Shown: in pieces, positions 38,500 to 46,943 of the stretch
How positions within the stretch are numbered: position 1 is the first letter of the stretch
Layout of the letters: every line of letters starts with the position of its first letter
Virus record (IMG/VR): IMGVR_UViG_3300042923_000281
Coordinates: 212,979-276,978 of that record
Reading direction: 5' to 3' (one strand)
Length of the DNA: 64,000 bases
Position numbers and translations under genes: made by a program
The notes under the pieces: generated by a model
Databases searched by the model: none
Seen by the model: only the letters and a program-made list of their open reading frames with translations
Told to the model about the DNA's origin: nothing

Positions 38500-38839
38500 C
38501 GGTGGCGTCTCCAATTGATCTGGGGGTAATTTCGACAACGGCAAGATCATCATCCAGTACCTCCACCAAATGAAAGTCGCCGAGCTGGTCGACGAAGTGG
38601 CTTGTCGAATGCGACAGGTCTTCAACGACGTTAGCGATTACACTGGAGAGCTCCGACTGTATCGACGGAGGTAACCGATCATTCATCATCGGTTCGATCA
38701 GCAGGTCAGAAGTTCGATGGAGCCGTCCAGCGGCGACGGACAGGTACTCGAACAGTTGCTCGAGCGACAGGCCGGTGGCGTCCAGTACACGTGCCACGTT
38801 CAGTAAGAACTCGCCACTGGTTTCCAAGGTGATAATCAC
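38375..38839 (-). CDS. Small protein, tandem array member
   Basis: GAGAG then GTG 38839 (MIITLETSGE...); start inferred. Confidence 0.65.
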   Translation of the reverse strand: MIITLETSGEFLLNVARVLDATGLSLEQLFEYLSVAAGRLHRTSDLLIEPMMNDRLPPSIQSELSSVIANVVEDLSHSTSHFVDQLGDFHLVEVLDDDLAVVEITPRSIGDATVDPATIVHPRRRKLAPKYQSKAAGRNGVLSVTRGDQEHDRD

Positions 38840-39221
38840 TTTGGTCTCTCGAGGCTTGGATGTAGAGGTCTTCGTCGAACTCGGCGTAGACAACCTTGAG
38901 GAGGCTGAATGGCTTCCGAGTGCGCCAATTCTGAGCTGGTCCAGAAGATTTATCGGTGGTCTCATAAAAAGTCCTGAGGTTCTCAAAGAGGGTATAAAAG
39001 GTGGAGTAGATGTCATCGCACCACCACATCAATTCCTCTTCCATATCCGGGTTGTTCTCGTTGATGTCCTCCAAGTAGAAAGAATCGTCGAAGACAAAAT
39101 ACGCGATAGCGGCATAGAGTAGTGCTGAGGCACCAATGTGATCGGCTAATTTCTTGCCGAGCATATCGAATGCCTCATCGTACGGTAGATTCAAAGCGAT
39201 TGAGCTTATTCCAGTCGACAA
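38706..39221 (-). CDS. Acidic small protein, tandem array member
   Basis: GAGGTG RBS, TTG start. Confidence 0.7.
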   Translation of the reverse strand: MSTGISSIALNLPYDEAFDMLGKKLADHIGASALLYAAIAYFVFDDSFYLEDINENNPDMEEELMWWCDDIYSTFYTLFENLRTFYETTDKSSGPAQNWRTRKPFSLLKVVYAEFDEDLYIQASRDQSDYHLGNQWRVLTERGTCTGRHRPVARATVRVPVRRRWTAPSNF

Positions 39222-39666
39222 CTCGTCTCACCTCTATTACCATTACGCCGTCACAGTATTCAAGAACACGACAGTCGGAACAGGCGTTCTTGAGCAGGCC
39301 CATAAACGCGGCCTGCATGATACGGTTGACAGCGCGGATATTCATGCGGTTGGCGCGGTGCACAGATTCGGGCACCCTGTTAATCCATGAACGGCCGGCT
39401 CTAGTGTCGAGTACATCTCGGGCAATGATGGCACAGTTGATCATTTCGACCATGGGGATCATGATGCCAATCTTGCCCAATCGCCTGTAATGGCGTTTGA
39501 ACTCATCATGATCCATGGGCGATTCGACCAGTACGTACTGGATGCGGTCAGGCGCTGGGCCGACTGTCACCTTCGACACTGTGTACGGCTTATAGGCCTG
39601 AGGATATAAGTTCTTCGAGCGCTCGACGTAACCGTTCAGGATAGAAATCTCCCTGCTTTTGGGCAT
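39175..39666 (-). CDS. Small protein, tandem array member
   Basis: AAGGAAG RBS, ATG start. Confidence 0.7.
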   Translation of the reverse strand: MPKSREISILNGYVERSKNLYPQAYKPYTVSKVTVGPAPDRIQYVLVESPMDHDEFKRHYRRLGKIGIMIPMVEMINCAIIARDVLDTRAGRSWINRVPESVHRANRMNIRAVNRIMQAAFMGLLKNACSDCRVLEYCDGVMVIEVRRVVDWNKLNRFESTVR

Positions 39667-40033
39667 GGTGATAGTCTTCCTTTATGCGGTGGGAGGGTTT
39701 TGGCACCGGGCGTTTGCGTTGCTCCACGAACAAGGTCTCGTTCAATGGATGGTACTCCAGATTAACGAAGTACTCTTTAAGATCGGTTCCAGTCTCTACC
39801 AACCGGATGAACTGATCTGCAATGTCGTCCACCGGGGAGTAATCAGAGAGGTTACCCCCCAATGATTCGATCACATCGCCTACCAAGTTGGCAGACTCTG
39901 TCCGGTTGTATGAGTTGACCAAGGTGGCCACGGCTTTAGTCACAGTCGAACTGAAGCACGAGCCATGCTGTTCGAGAAACATCTCTCTGAGCATGGTCTC
40001 GATTTCACCTGTCGCGACAAGGAATGTTGTCAT
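39590..40033 (-). CDS. Small protein, tandem array member
   Basis: AGGTG RBS, ATG start. Confidence 0.75.
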   Translation of the reverse strand: MTTFLVATGEIETMLREMFLEQHGSCFSSTVTKAVATLVNSYNRTESANLVGDVIESLGGNLSDYSPVDDIADQFIRLVETGTDLKEYFVNLEYHPLNETLFVEQRKRPVPKPSHRIKEDYHHAQKQGDFYPERLRRALEELISSGL

Positions 40034-40044
40034 CTGAGCACCTG

Positions 40045-40653
40045 TTACTGACGGCTGAGCTGCTCCATGTACATGCGCTTGACTTCGTCCTTGATGACTG
40101 GGTTACTGATGTTCGAGAACACTTCATTGATGCAGTAGTCGATGTACTCGGCCACTTCATCCAGATCATCAATTTCCTGCACCATCTTCGGCGGGGTCAT
40201 GCGCTTGACTTGACGGAGCAAGTCCTTATACCGTTCTACGAGCTGGTCACTTTTTACTTCAATGATCAGGTCTTCGGTGAACTTGATGTGACGAAACTCG
40301 ACGGTGCGATTACCTACAGTGCGCAGGATTGTGTCGATCATCGGGTCCATGGTCATCATGATGGCCATGTAGTGTTCGTCGCATTCGTTGCACAGCTCGT
40401 CAATATCCTCCTCGGACATTGCCTTCACGGGGTAGCCCAACGCTACGACCAATTCCTCGAGCGGGTCAGGCTTCCTGCGGATGTGCCTCATCGACATGCG
40501 GATGTAGGCTTTCGCAAAAGCTGCTGCTGCGTTTACCAGCGCCTCATTCCGGGCCGGACCACTGCTCTCCACATTGTGACCACGGGGCCACAAGTCCAGT
40601 GTATCGTCGAGGTAAGAAACTACCTCGGAAATCGGTACTGAGATGTTCTGCAC
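40045..40653 (-). CDS. Protein of the tandem array with a C-terminal helical extension
   Basis: GGAG RBS, GTG start. Confidence 0.78.
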   Translation of the reverse strand: MQNISVPISEVVSYLDDTLDLWPRGHNVESSGPARNEALVNAAAAFAKAYIRMSMRHIRRKPDPLEELVVALGYPVKAMSEEDIDELCNECDEHYMAIMMTMDPMIDTILRTVGNRTVEFRHIKFTEDLIIEVKSDQLVERYKDLLRQVKRMTPPKMVQEIDDLDEVAEYIDYCINEVFSNISNPVIKDEVKRMYMEQLSRQ

Positions 40654-40667
40654 GGCTTCACTCCAAG

Positions 40668-41003
40668 CTAAGTCTTTTTTCTTTTGACCATGACCAGTAT
40701 CTCATTAGTCATTTCGATCGCTATCACGTAGCGTTGCAAATGCGCGACTACGTTTCTGTCCAGCTGATCGACGAATGTCATTCCACACCGTTCTTGTAGA
40801 GCGCGGATCTGTCGGTACTGCCTTTCCAACGATTTGCACCGTGGGGTAGAAGAGACTAAGGTCATGAAGGTTTTCTCAACCAACTCTCGCTCGATCACGT
40901 ACTGCCATGCAAGCAACGATAGTTCTCCACCCTCATCAAGGGTACCGATGAGGAACGAAACGTCGAACACGAGCGCTGTAGGGCCCTTAAATTCGATGTT
41001 CAT
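40668..41003 (-). CDS. Small protein, first gene of the tandem array
   Basis: GAGGGG RBS, ATG start. Confidence 0.75.
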   Translation of the reverse strand: MNIEFKGPTALVFDVSFLIGTLDEGGELSLLAWQYVIERELVEKTFMTLVSSTPRCKSLERQYRQIRALQERCGMTFVDQLDRNVVAHLQRYVIAIEMTNEILVMVKRKKT

Positions 41004-41047
41004 ACATGTCCCCTCAAAGGATACCGGGTGTCTGTATAAAAAGACCT

Positions 41048-41087
41048 AAAAAATAACTCACTGAGAGCAGGGGGTTCCCTGCTCTCG
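41048..41087 (-). terminator. Terminator separating the upstream operon from the array
   Basis: GAGAGCAGGG-AACC-CCCTGCTCTC...TTATTTTTT. Confidence 0.75.
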
Positions 41088-41097
41088 TTATGGAGTG

Positions 41098-41307
41098 TCA
41101 CCCCAGGCTCGGCCAGCCGCCACCACCCGGTGGATCGGTCTTGTTCAGCGCAGGACCGTGCTTGTCGAAGTCATAGCGCTCTTCCGGGAACATGTGATGC
41201 CATTCGCCGTGCTTGCAACGACCACATTCGTAGCCAGGGCCAGTTTGCTGAGTAGCATGAATATCGTCGACGTTCTGGCACGTCTCACATTCGAAGACAG
41301 TAGTCAT
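41098..41307 (-). CDS. Small zinc-ribbon protein (69 aa)
   Basis: CETC...CGRC; AAGGAAGG RBS. Confidence 0.75.
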   Translation of the reverse strand: MTTVFECETCQNVDDIHATQQTGPGYECGRCKHGEWHHMFPEERYDFDKHGPALNKTDPPGGGGWPSLG

Positions 41308-41358
41308 AATGCGTTCCTTCCTTAAAGGGATCTGTATACACCTTGATGATGTATGGCT

Positions 41359-41661
41359 TCAGAAATTTGCAGGTACAAGAACCCGACGTTGGGCTCGAGG
41401 TACAGGCTGGTCTGGTGTTACGTCGTAGTACTCGTAAATCCCTACGACTCGGTTATCCCCTGTTACATAGGCGTAGTCGCAAAAGTCCAGAGAACGGTTT
41501 GCGCCACAGGCCTCAATGGCTTCGATGGTGGAGGGGTAAGGAGGGCTGGTGACCACTAGACGTTTGTCCGAGTGCTCTGCCAAGTACTTCTTATCCCGTT
41601 CTTCTTGGGTGAGTCGATCCCGGTCGAAGTGCTGGGCCGGACTCAAGACCTTGGTTTCCAT
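41359..41661 (-). CDS. Hypothetical protein (100 aa)
   Basis: GAGGG RBS; overlap-coupled. Confidence 0.7.
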   Translation of the reverse strand: METKVLSPAQHFDRDRLTQEERDKKYLAEHSDKRLVVTSPPYPSTIEAIEACGANRSLDFCDYAYVTGDNRVVGIYEYYDVTPDQPVPRAQRRVLVPANF

Positions 41662-42107
41662 GGACGCGGTTTCCCTCGTGCAGGAGTCGGTGGTCGTTCC
41701 ATGAGGCCTTCGCCGAACAGATCAACGTAATGCTCAGCGCCGTTGTCCAGCCCAAGGTTAGCGTTGGCTTCCTTGAGTTTGGCCTCGCGGTAGTGATTGG
41801 GATCGATGCTTGGGAACCACGTCTTGAGCCTGTCTACTGATCGGTTGGGAGTGAGGTCGTAGTCGTGGATCATGTAGTCCACGCCTTTAAACGACATCCC
41901 GATGCAGTAGTTGACTGAACCGTCTTCCATCTCGTGCTTGACCATGACAGCGCAGCAAGGTGCGTCGTCTTGTTTCCACACGAGTTCGTTGTACGGTTCA
42001 AGCAAGGTATGGATCTGCTTATCTTCACTGTTGGATAGGAACATAAGCAGATCCACCAAGGACGACGTGGTGTCTGCTGAGTGCAGGACAGTCGTCAGTT
42101 TGATCAT
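41643..42107 (-). CDS. Hypothetical protein (154 aa)
   Basis: ATGA overlap with the upstream gene. Confidence 0.72.
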   Translation of the reverse strand: MIKLTTVLHSADTTSSLVDLLMFLSNSEDKQIHTLLEPYNELVWKQDDAPCCAVMVKHEMEDGSVNYCIGMSFKGVDYMIHDYDLTPNRSVDRLKTWFPSIDPNHYREAKLKEANANLGLDNGAEHYVDLFGEGLMERPPTPARGKPRPWKPRS

Positions 42108-42319
42108 CGCGGTTCAGCACCCGTGCTGTCGTGGTTGATCTTGATGGTCAGGACCAGTTCACTGAAGGTCCCCGTCGTATTGACCTGAAGACCCACTTCA
42201 CTGCCCGGCCTGTCTTCTTGAAGCCGCTCAGCCAAGCTACCGATGTCACTGGCGTAGCGGTACGGGATACCGACGCCTTCAGCCAGCTTGGTGATACGTG
42301 TCTTGACGTTATTGCTCAT
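42104..42319 (-). CDS. Hypothetical protein (71 aa)
   Basis: GGAGA RBS; coupled overlaps. Confidence 0.7.
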   Translation of the reverse strand: MSNNVKTRITKLAEGVGIPYRYASDIGSLAERLQEDRPGSEVGLQVNTTGTFSELVLTIKINHDSTGAEPR

Positions 42320-43127
42320 CGGCTTTCTCCGACGCCACCGGTGGCGTCAAGTAGGTCGGGCTGAACTGCGGCTCGGAGCTGTCGATCGTGGATTCCGAGA
42401 TGATCGGGAAATCAGGATCACGAGGACGCAGGCGAGGACCACGGAACAGAGGCCGGGGTTCGGTCTGGGTGCTGTCGCTCCAGGTCTTGACGACTTGGAG
42501 AGGCGCCCATGCAGTGAGGATGTCAGCTTGGGTAGCCGATTCCACTTCCTGCCACTGGATGGTCCGGTACTTGCCTTCGGCGTCCAGCAACTGCATGTTG
42601 CCTTTCTTGCCATTACGACAGAAGGTGATCTGCACCAGTTCGTGGATGGTCATTTCTTCAGCGAGCAGCTCACCGACCGGCATCAACTTGCGATTCAGGA
42701 TGGTGTCACGCAGGGTGAAGTACAGCATGGTGTTCTTGAAGACCCGACGGGAGACCTTCTTCGCCTTACGGCCAAGGTGGATGGTGCCCTTCTCGCGCAT
42801 TTTGGTCTTGAGCTTCTTGCCAGCCCAGCCGATCAGCAGATCACTTTCTTTCAGCGCATTGTGATCGAATGCAGTCAGCGGATTGAAGCCGGCACGACGT
42901 GCGTACTTCATCAGTTTGTTCTGGAACTCTGCCTTGGAGCGTTTCTGACGGAAGCCATAAGCGACTTCTTGACGCAATACACCGCGCCACAGTTGACGGC
43001 GAGTGAGTTCGATGCGTTCCATGTAGTTCATGTTGCGAGGTTCCTTGATGGAATAGCCACTGAGGCCGTGCTTGTTTCGAAGCACGACCCCATCAGCGCC
43101 AATAGAAAGGTTGGAGTGGAAGTCCAT
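42309..43127 (-). CDS. Basic hypothetical protein (272 aa)
   Basis: TGATG overlap; K/R-rich. Confidence 0.75.
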   Translation of the reverse strand: MDFHSNLSIGADGVVLRNKHGLSGYSIKEPRNMNYMERIELTRRQLWRGVLRQEVAYGFRQKRSKAEFQNKLMKYARRAGFNPLTAFDHNALKESDLLIGWAGKKLKTKMREKGTIHLGRKAKKVSRRVFKNTMLYFTLRDTILNRKLMPVGELLAEEMTIHELVQITFCRNGKKGNMQLLDAEGKYRTIQWQEVESATQADILTAWAPLQVVKTWSDSTQTEPRPLFRGPRLRPRDPDFPIISESTIDSSEPQFSPTYLTPPVASEKADEQ

Positions 43128-43837
43128 CAGAACTTGAAGTTCGTCGGGAGGCCACCTTCTTCGAGGTTGGCTGGGGTGTGGAACTTGACCAGCTCTTCGT
43201 AACGAGCTTTGGCTTCGTCCATGTTTGCTGTCGGGTAGATCTCGACAGTCAGGGTTTCCCAGGTCTTGTATTCAGCCTGGAACTCAGTGCTTGGGTGCAC
43301 GCCGTATTCCAGCTTGTGGTTGTTCAGCTGGATAGCGTAGTCCAGGTCATCGCTGAAGCCCAGGATGCTGAAGGTGTCGTCTTCGTCGTCGAAGATGCGG
43401 AACGCACCGATCTTGCGAGGAGCGACCTTGAAGTCGTCAGCATGCACTTCTTTGAGCCAACTCGGCTCTTGGAAGTTGGCGTTGAAGCCGTAGCGCATCG
43501 CGTTGTTCTCGAAGACAGTGATCTCCGTGGCTTCAGGCCAGAAGGTCGTGATGTCGTCGATGCTTTCCACGTAGGCCATCATCATGTTGGCATCATGGGA
43601 CATGCGCACGATCCAGTACGGGTGGTACAACGGCCAGGCGATTGGGCGGGAGTCGTGGATGTACTCCGGGTCTTCCAGATGACGCGGAGGGACAGGCGAC
43701 AGGAAGCCCACACGGAACAGTGGCGTGCCGCCGTAGACCGGCTGCCACATGAACGCTTGTTCAGCGTGTGGCTTGGTAATGAGTTCGTACATCGGTTTGC
43801 CGTCAACACCGAGGATGACTTCTTTCTTCTGGCTCAT
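43127..43837 (-). CDS. Two-domain protein: phage WP..HPYW domain plus degenerate GIY-YIG domain
   Basis: AGGAG RBS, ATG 43837; C-terminus aligns by eye to the 22183..22806 nuclease domain. Confidence 0.75.
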   Translation of the reverse strand: MSQKKEVILGVDGKPMYELITKPHAEQAFMWQPVYGGTPLFRVGFLSPVPPRHLEDPEYIHDSRPIAWPLYHPYWIVRMSHDANMMMAYVESIDDITTFWPEATEITVFENNAMRYGFNANFQEPSWLKEVHADDFKVAPRKIGAFRIFDDEDDTFSILGFSDDLDYAIQLNNHKLEYGVHPSTEFQAEYKTWETLTVEIYPTANMDEAKARYEELVKFHTPANLEEGGLPTNFKF

Positions 43838-43847
43838 GGTGTAACTC

Positions 43848-44207
43848 CTAGCAGATGGGGCTAATGATGATGACCGTATCGTCAAGCTTGAAGCCTGGGA
43901 TCGGCAGTGGATCGCTCATGTCGGTGTAACCCAGTCCCGTGTTCATATCCACGAAGATCAGGCCAGTCAACACACGCTCCGGCGTGGTGGTGATTTCGAG
44001 GAACTCACGACGAGCGCCTTCAGAACTGCGAACCGGCGGGTGCATGGTGTCGTGTGGCCGCGGATGGGACTCGACACGCATGTTGATGGTGTGGTCGATG
44101 AAACGACCGAATACGCGGTAGACCTGCTCACTGCCACCGCGAAGGAATTCATCGCCCGGTAACAGGCGTTTGACGCTGATGGGTGTGCCTTGACGAGTAC
44201 GGCTCAT
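43848..44207 (-). CDS. Hypothetical protein (119 aa)
   Basis: AGGAA RBS before ATG 44207. Confidence 0.7.
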   Translation of the reverse strand: MSRTRQGTPISVKRLLPGDEFLRGGSEQVYRVFGRFIDHTINMRVESHPRPHDTMHPPVRSSEGARREFLEITTTPERVLTGLIFVDMNTGLGYTDMSDPLPIPGFKLDDTVIIISPIC

Positions 44208-44230
44208 GGTGAGGTTCCTGTTACTACATG

Positions 44231-44266
44231 CGGCATAAAGACCGTGGAAGATTCCCTCCACGGTCC
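44231..44266 (-). terminator. Hairpin+TTTATGCCG after phuZ
   Basis: GACCGTGGA-GGGAATCT-TCCACGGTC-TTTATGCCG. Confidence 0.75.
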
Positions 44267-44272
44267 TTGTGT

Positions 44273-45262
44273 TTACCAAACCAGGCCGGAGGCCGTTGGC
44301 TTGTCCTTGTCGCCGGTGAACGCCACTGCATCAGTCGCAGCTTGTTCTTGATCGGCGATTTCACGCTCGAGGTCTTCAACGCGCTTACGCAGTTCGCCCA
44401 TGGAGCCGTTTTCGATACCGAAGAACAGACTGCCTTTGGCTTGTGCGATGGATGGCATTACGCCGTAGGTGCTGTAAGGCACGAACATTTCCGGCGTTGG
44501 GTCGGTGGCTTCACGCAGCAGGTAAGCAGAGGCCAGAGCACCACTGCGCATCAGCTTGGTGAAGTCTTCGATGTTGTCGGAGACGTGCATGCGGCACAGT
44601 TGCGCGCGAGCCTTGGTCGACTTGGTGAAGTTGAACAGCGACTTCAAGTCTGCGGTGTCCAGGCCGTGGTTACGGCGAGAGACCAGAGCAGCCAAAGCGG
44701 TGATCATCAGGTGCGCTTCGTTGTCCACTGACTTGTCGGTCATCTGGCCAGGCTTGTTGAAGCCCAGATGGATGATGCCAGGCATGCCGCACGACCGCGA
44801 GATGTTGTCCAGGGTCTTCACGCCACCGATGGTGTTCTCGGCGTTGCGAATGGCCTGTTGAGCCCAGACCACGATACCCATGGCCATGTGACCATCGTCC
44901 AGCAGCTTCTTCAGGATCAGAGGACCCGATACCGAACCCGTACCGCCAGCCAGCGTGAAGACCACAACAGTCATGTCCGCTGGTGGGAACTTGCGCAGGA
45001 TGTCAGGCACTGCTTTGGCGATGGCTTCAGCGTTTTCAGGACGCAGACCGCCGGAACCGTCCAGGCCGTCGAACAGCCAGGTCTTGTCAACCAGACGATC
45101 ATCGAGGTTGGAGTCAGAGGTGTCCACGAAGCAGACGTCGATGTTTGCAACGTCAGCGCTGTGACCAGCTTCCAGGTATTCCTTAGCGATGTTCACACCG
45201 CCGCCACCACAGCCGATGATGCGCATGGTGCCTACAGGACGATTAGAGAGACCGTGACTCAT
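44273..45262 (-). CDS. phuZ: Tubulin-like spindle protein PhuZ
   Basis: IGCGGGGVN, DTSDSN, GSG, LAGGTGS tubulin signature, LDTAD T7 loop; GAGG RBS, ATG 45262. Confidence 0.95.
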   Translation of the reverse strand: MSHGLSNRPVGTMRIIGCGGGGVNIAKEYLEAGHSADVANIDVCFVDTSDSNLDDRLVDKTWLFDGLDGSGGLRPENAEAIAKAVPDILRKFPPADMTVVVFTLAGGTGSVSGPLILKKLLDDGHMAMGIVVWAQQAIRNAENTIGGVKTLDNISRSCGMPGIIHLGFNKPGQMTDKSVDNEAHLMITALAALVSRRNHGLDTADLKSLFNFTKSTKARAQLCRMHVSDNIEDFTKLMRSGALASAYLLREATDPTPEMFVPYSTYGVMPSIAQAKGSLFFGIENGSMGELRKRVEDLEREIADQEQAATDAVAFTGDKDKPTASGLVW

Positions 45263-45309
45263 TGTGACTACCTCATTGAGGGTTGTTGATTTGGGGGTTG
45301 CACACAATG

Positions 45310-45336
45310 ATAATGTATCACTGTGGAAAGTTTGAC
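45310..45336 (-). promoter_or_regulatory. Putative phage early promoter of phuZ
   Basis: GTCAAA-N13-TACATTAT. Confidence 0.7.
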
Positions 45337-45995
45337 TAGCTGCCTACACGCGCGGCTGCTGCGGTCAACTTACGAAGGCCCTTACGTTCACGGGCTTCGT
45401 TGATGATCATCAGCATCTGCGATTGCAACCGGTCACCGTACATGTTCTTCTCTTCGATGAAGTTCAGTCTGGCATAAATTTGCTCGATAAGGTCGCGTTC
45501 GCTCTGACCGAAATAGCGGAAGACGCCAGTGTAGCACTGCATCATCGTTTCCAGACTGTCCACGACTTCGCCGATTGGGTTGGTCTGTGCCATGTGGTCG
45601 ATGTCTTCAACCGTCTTGGCCAGAGCACCCACTTTACGGATCAGTTCCGGGAAGCAGCATTCGAATGACCAGAACGATTGTTGACGTGGACGGGCGCTGT
45701 ACAGCTTGTTTGCCACGTTCAACATGGAGAGGCTGACGATCATGCCGTCAACGCACAGACGCTGAATAATGGCTTTCGCATCGACGTCTTCGAAGAAGGC
45801 TGGACGACCCGTCATGGCCCGGACTTCGGTGTCAAACAAGGTGAACAGTTTGGACGTGTACTTGCAATGATGCAGGACCAAGTGCGTTAAACGGTGCGGT
45901 TTGGTCAGGTTGTAGATGTCGCCATGAAACAACCGATCGTGCAGCTCTTGGCGAAACTGAACCTCATCCCACAAACCTGCGATGTCGTTATTCAC
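45336..45995 (-). CDS. All-alpha protein, possibly MazG-like NTP pyrophosphatase
   Basis: Q..HD..FH.DI...RLTHLVLH..KY; VDGMIV; KTVEDIDH; AAGGAG RBS. Confidence 0.6.
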   Translation of the reverse strand: MNNDIAGLWDEVQFRQELHDRLFHGDIYNLTKPHRLTHLVLHHCKYTSKLFTLFDTEVRAMTGRPAFFEDVDAKAIIQRLCVDGMIVSLSMLNVANKLYSARPRQQSFWSFECCFPELIRKVGALAKTVEDIDHMAQTNPIGEVVDSLETMMQCYTGVFRYFGQSERDLIEQIYARLNFIEEKNMYGDRLQSQMLMIINEARERKGLRKLTAAAARVGS

Positions 45996-46055
45996 GCTAT
46001 GCTCCTTTTCTATTATCCAATCATGTGTACCTTCGTCTTATCGAGGCAAGTCACC

Positions 46056-46883
46056 ATGATGGATCTTATCACAATTGCCCTTGACAGGGTAGGTTTCGAA
46101 ATTCCGCAGGAGGTGCTCCGCTATACCTTCTCACCCACCCGCTACGACCCGTCCAAGAATGGACTGATCCGTGACTACAGTACCGGTATCAGCAACGACA
46201 CCGTGATCCGTCGTCAAGTGATCGATGCCCGCGTCATGGTGGACATCAACCTGTGTTCTGGTGTGGAACTGTTCATTCCCCTGAACGGTTGCCCAGCGAA
46301 GATGGTTGACCGCTGGACGTACGTCTACACCATCCCTAAGGAGTTGACCCAAGGCCGGTCGATCACTGTTCCTTACGGCTTGAGTTACGGACAAGGCAAC
46401 AACATGGGCCAGGCTGGCTCGTTCTCCGAAGACCGCTCGATGGTCTTGGAAGCGGCTGCTGGTTTGATCCAGTCCAACTCTGCATGGACTCAGGTGCAGT
46501 CAGCCTACTGCACGCTGGTGGCCGACAACGTCGTCGAAGTCACCAACATGAGCCGTGTGCCCGGTATCAGTTACTTGCGCTGCTTGGTCAGCCATGAACC
46601 GAACCTTGCGAACATCCCTCCACACTACGCAGACAAGTTCACCGAACTGGTGATCCTGGCTGTGAAGGCGTACATCTACACCCGGACTATCATTCCATTG
46701 GATGAAGGTGCAATCCGAGGTGGTGCGTCGTTGGGTCGGATTCGTGAGATCGTCGATTCGTTTGCCGATGCCAACCAGATGTATAAGGAGTTCCTCAAGG
46801 ACAACTGGCGTAAGTCGGGCGTCATGTCGAACCGGGCACAGCATCAACGGCTGTTGCGCTATACAGTAGGCTCACGCCGTTAA
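46056..46883 (+). CDS. Conserved chimallivirus protein, probable virion/neck protein
   Basis: GAGG RBS, ATG 46056; IP..VL..F, LAVKAYIY, GG..LG.IREIVDSF patterns. Confidence 0.75.
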   Translation: MMDLITIALDRVGFEIPQEVLRYTFSPTRYDPSKNGLIRDYSTGISNDTVIRRQVIDARVMVDINLCSGVELFIPLNGCPAKMVDRWTYVYTIPKELTQGRSITVPYGLSYGQGNNMGQAGSFSEDRSMVLEAAAGLIQSNSAWTQVQSAYCTLVADNVVEVTNMSRVPGISYLRCLVSHEPNLANIPPHYADKFTELVILAVKAYIYTRTIIPLDEGAIRGGASLGRIREIVDSFADANQMYKEFLKDNWRKSGVMSNRAQHQRLLRYTVGSRR

Positions 46884-46893
46884 GAATGACCAG

Positions 46894-46940
46894 AAACAAA
46901 GAAAAAAGAAAGGGGAGCCGTTGGGCTCCTCTCTCTATTT
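46894..46940. terminator. Terminator between convergent genes
   Basis: A-tract, GGGGAGCC...GGCTCCTC, then TCTCTATTT. Confidence 0.75.
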
Positions 46941-46943
46941 CGT

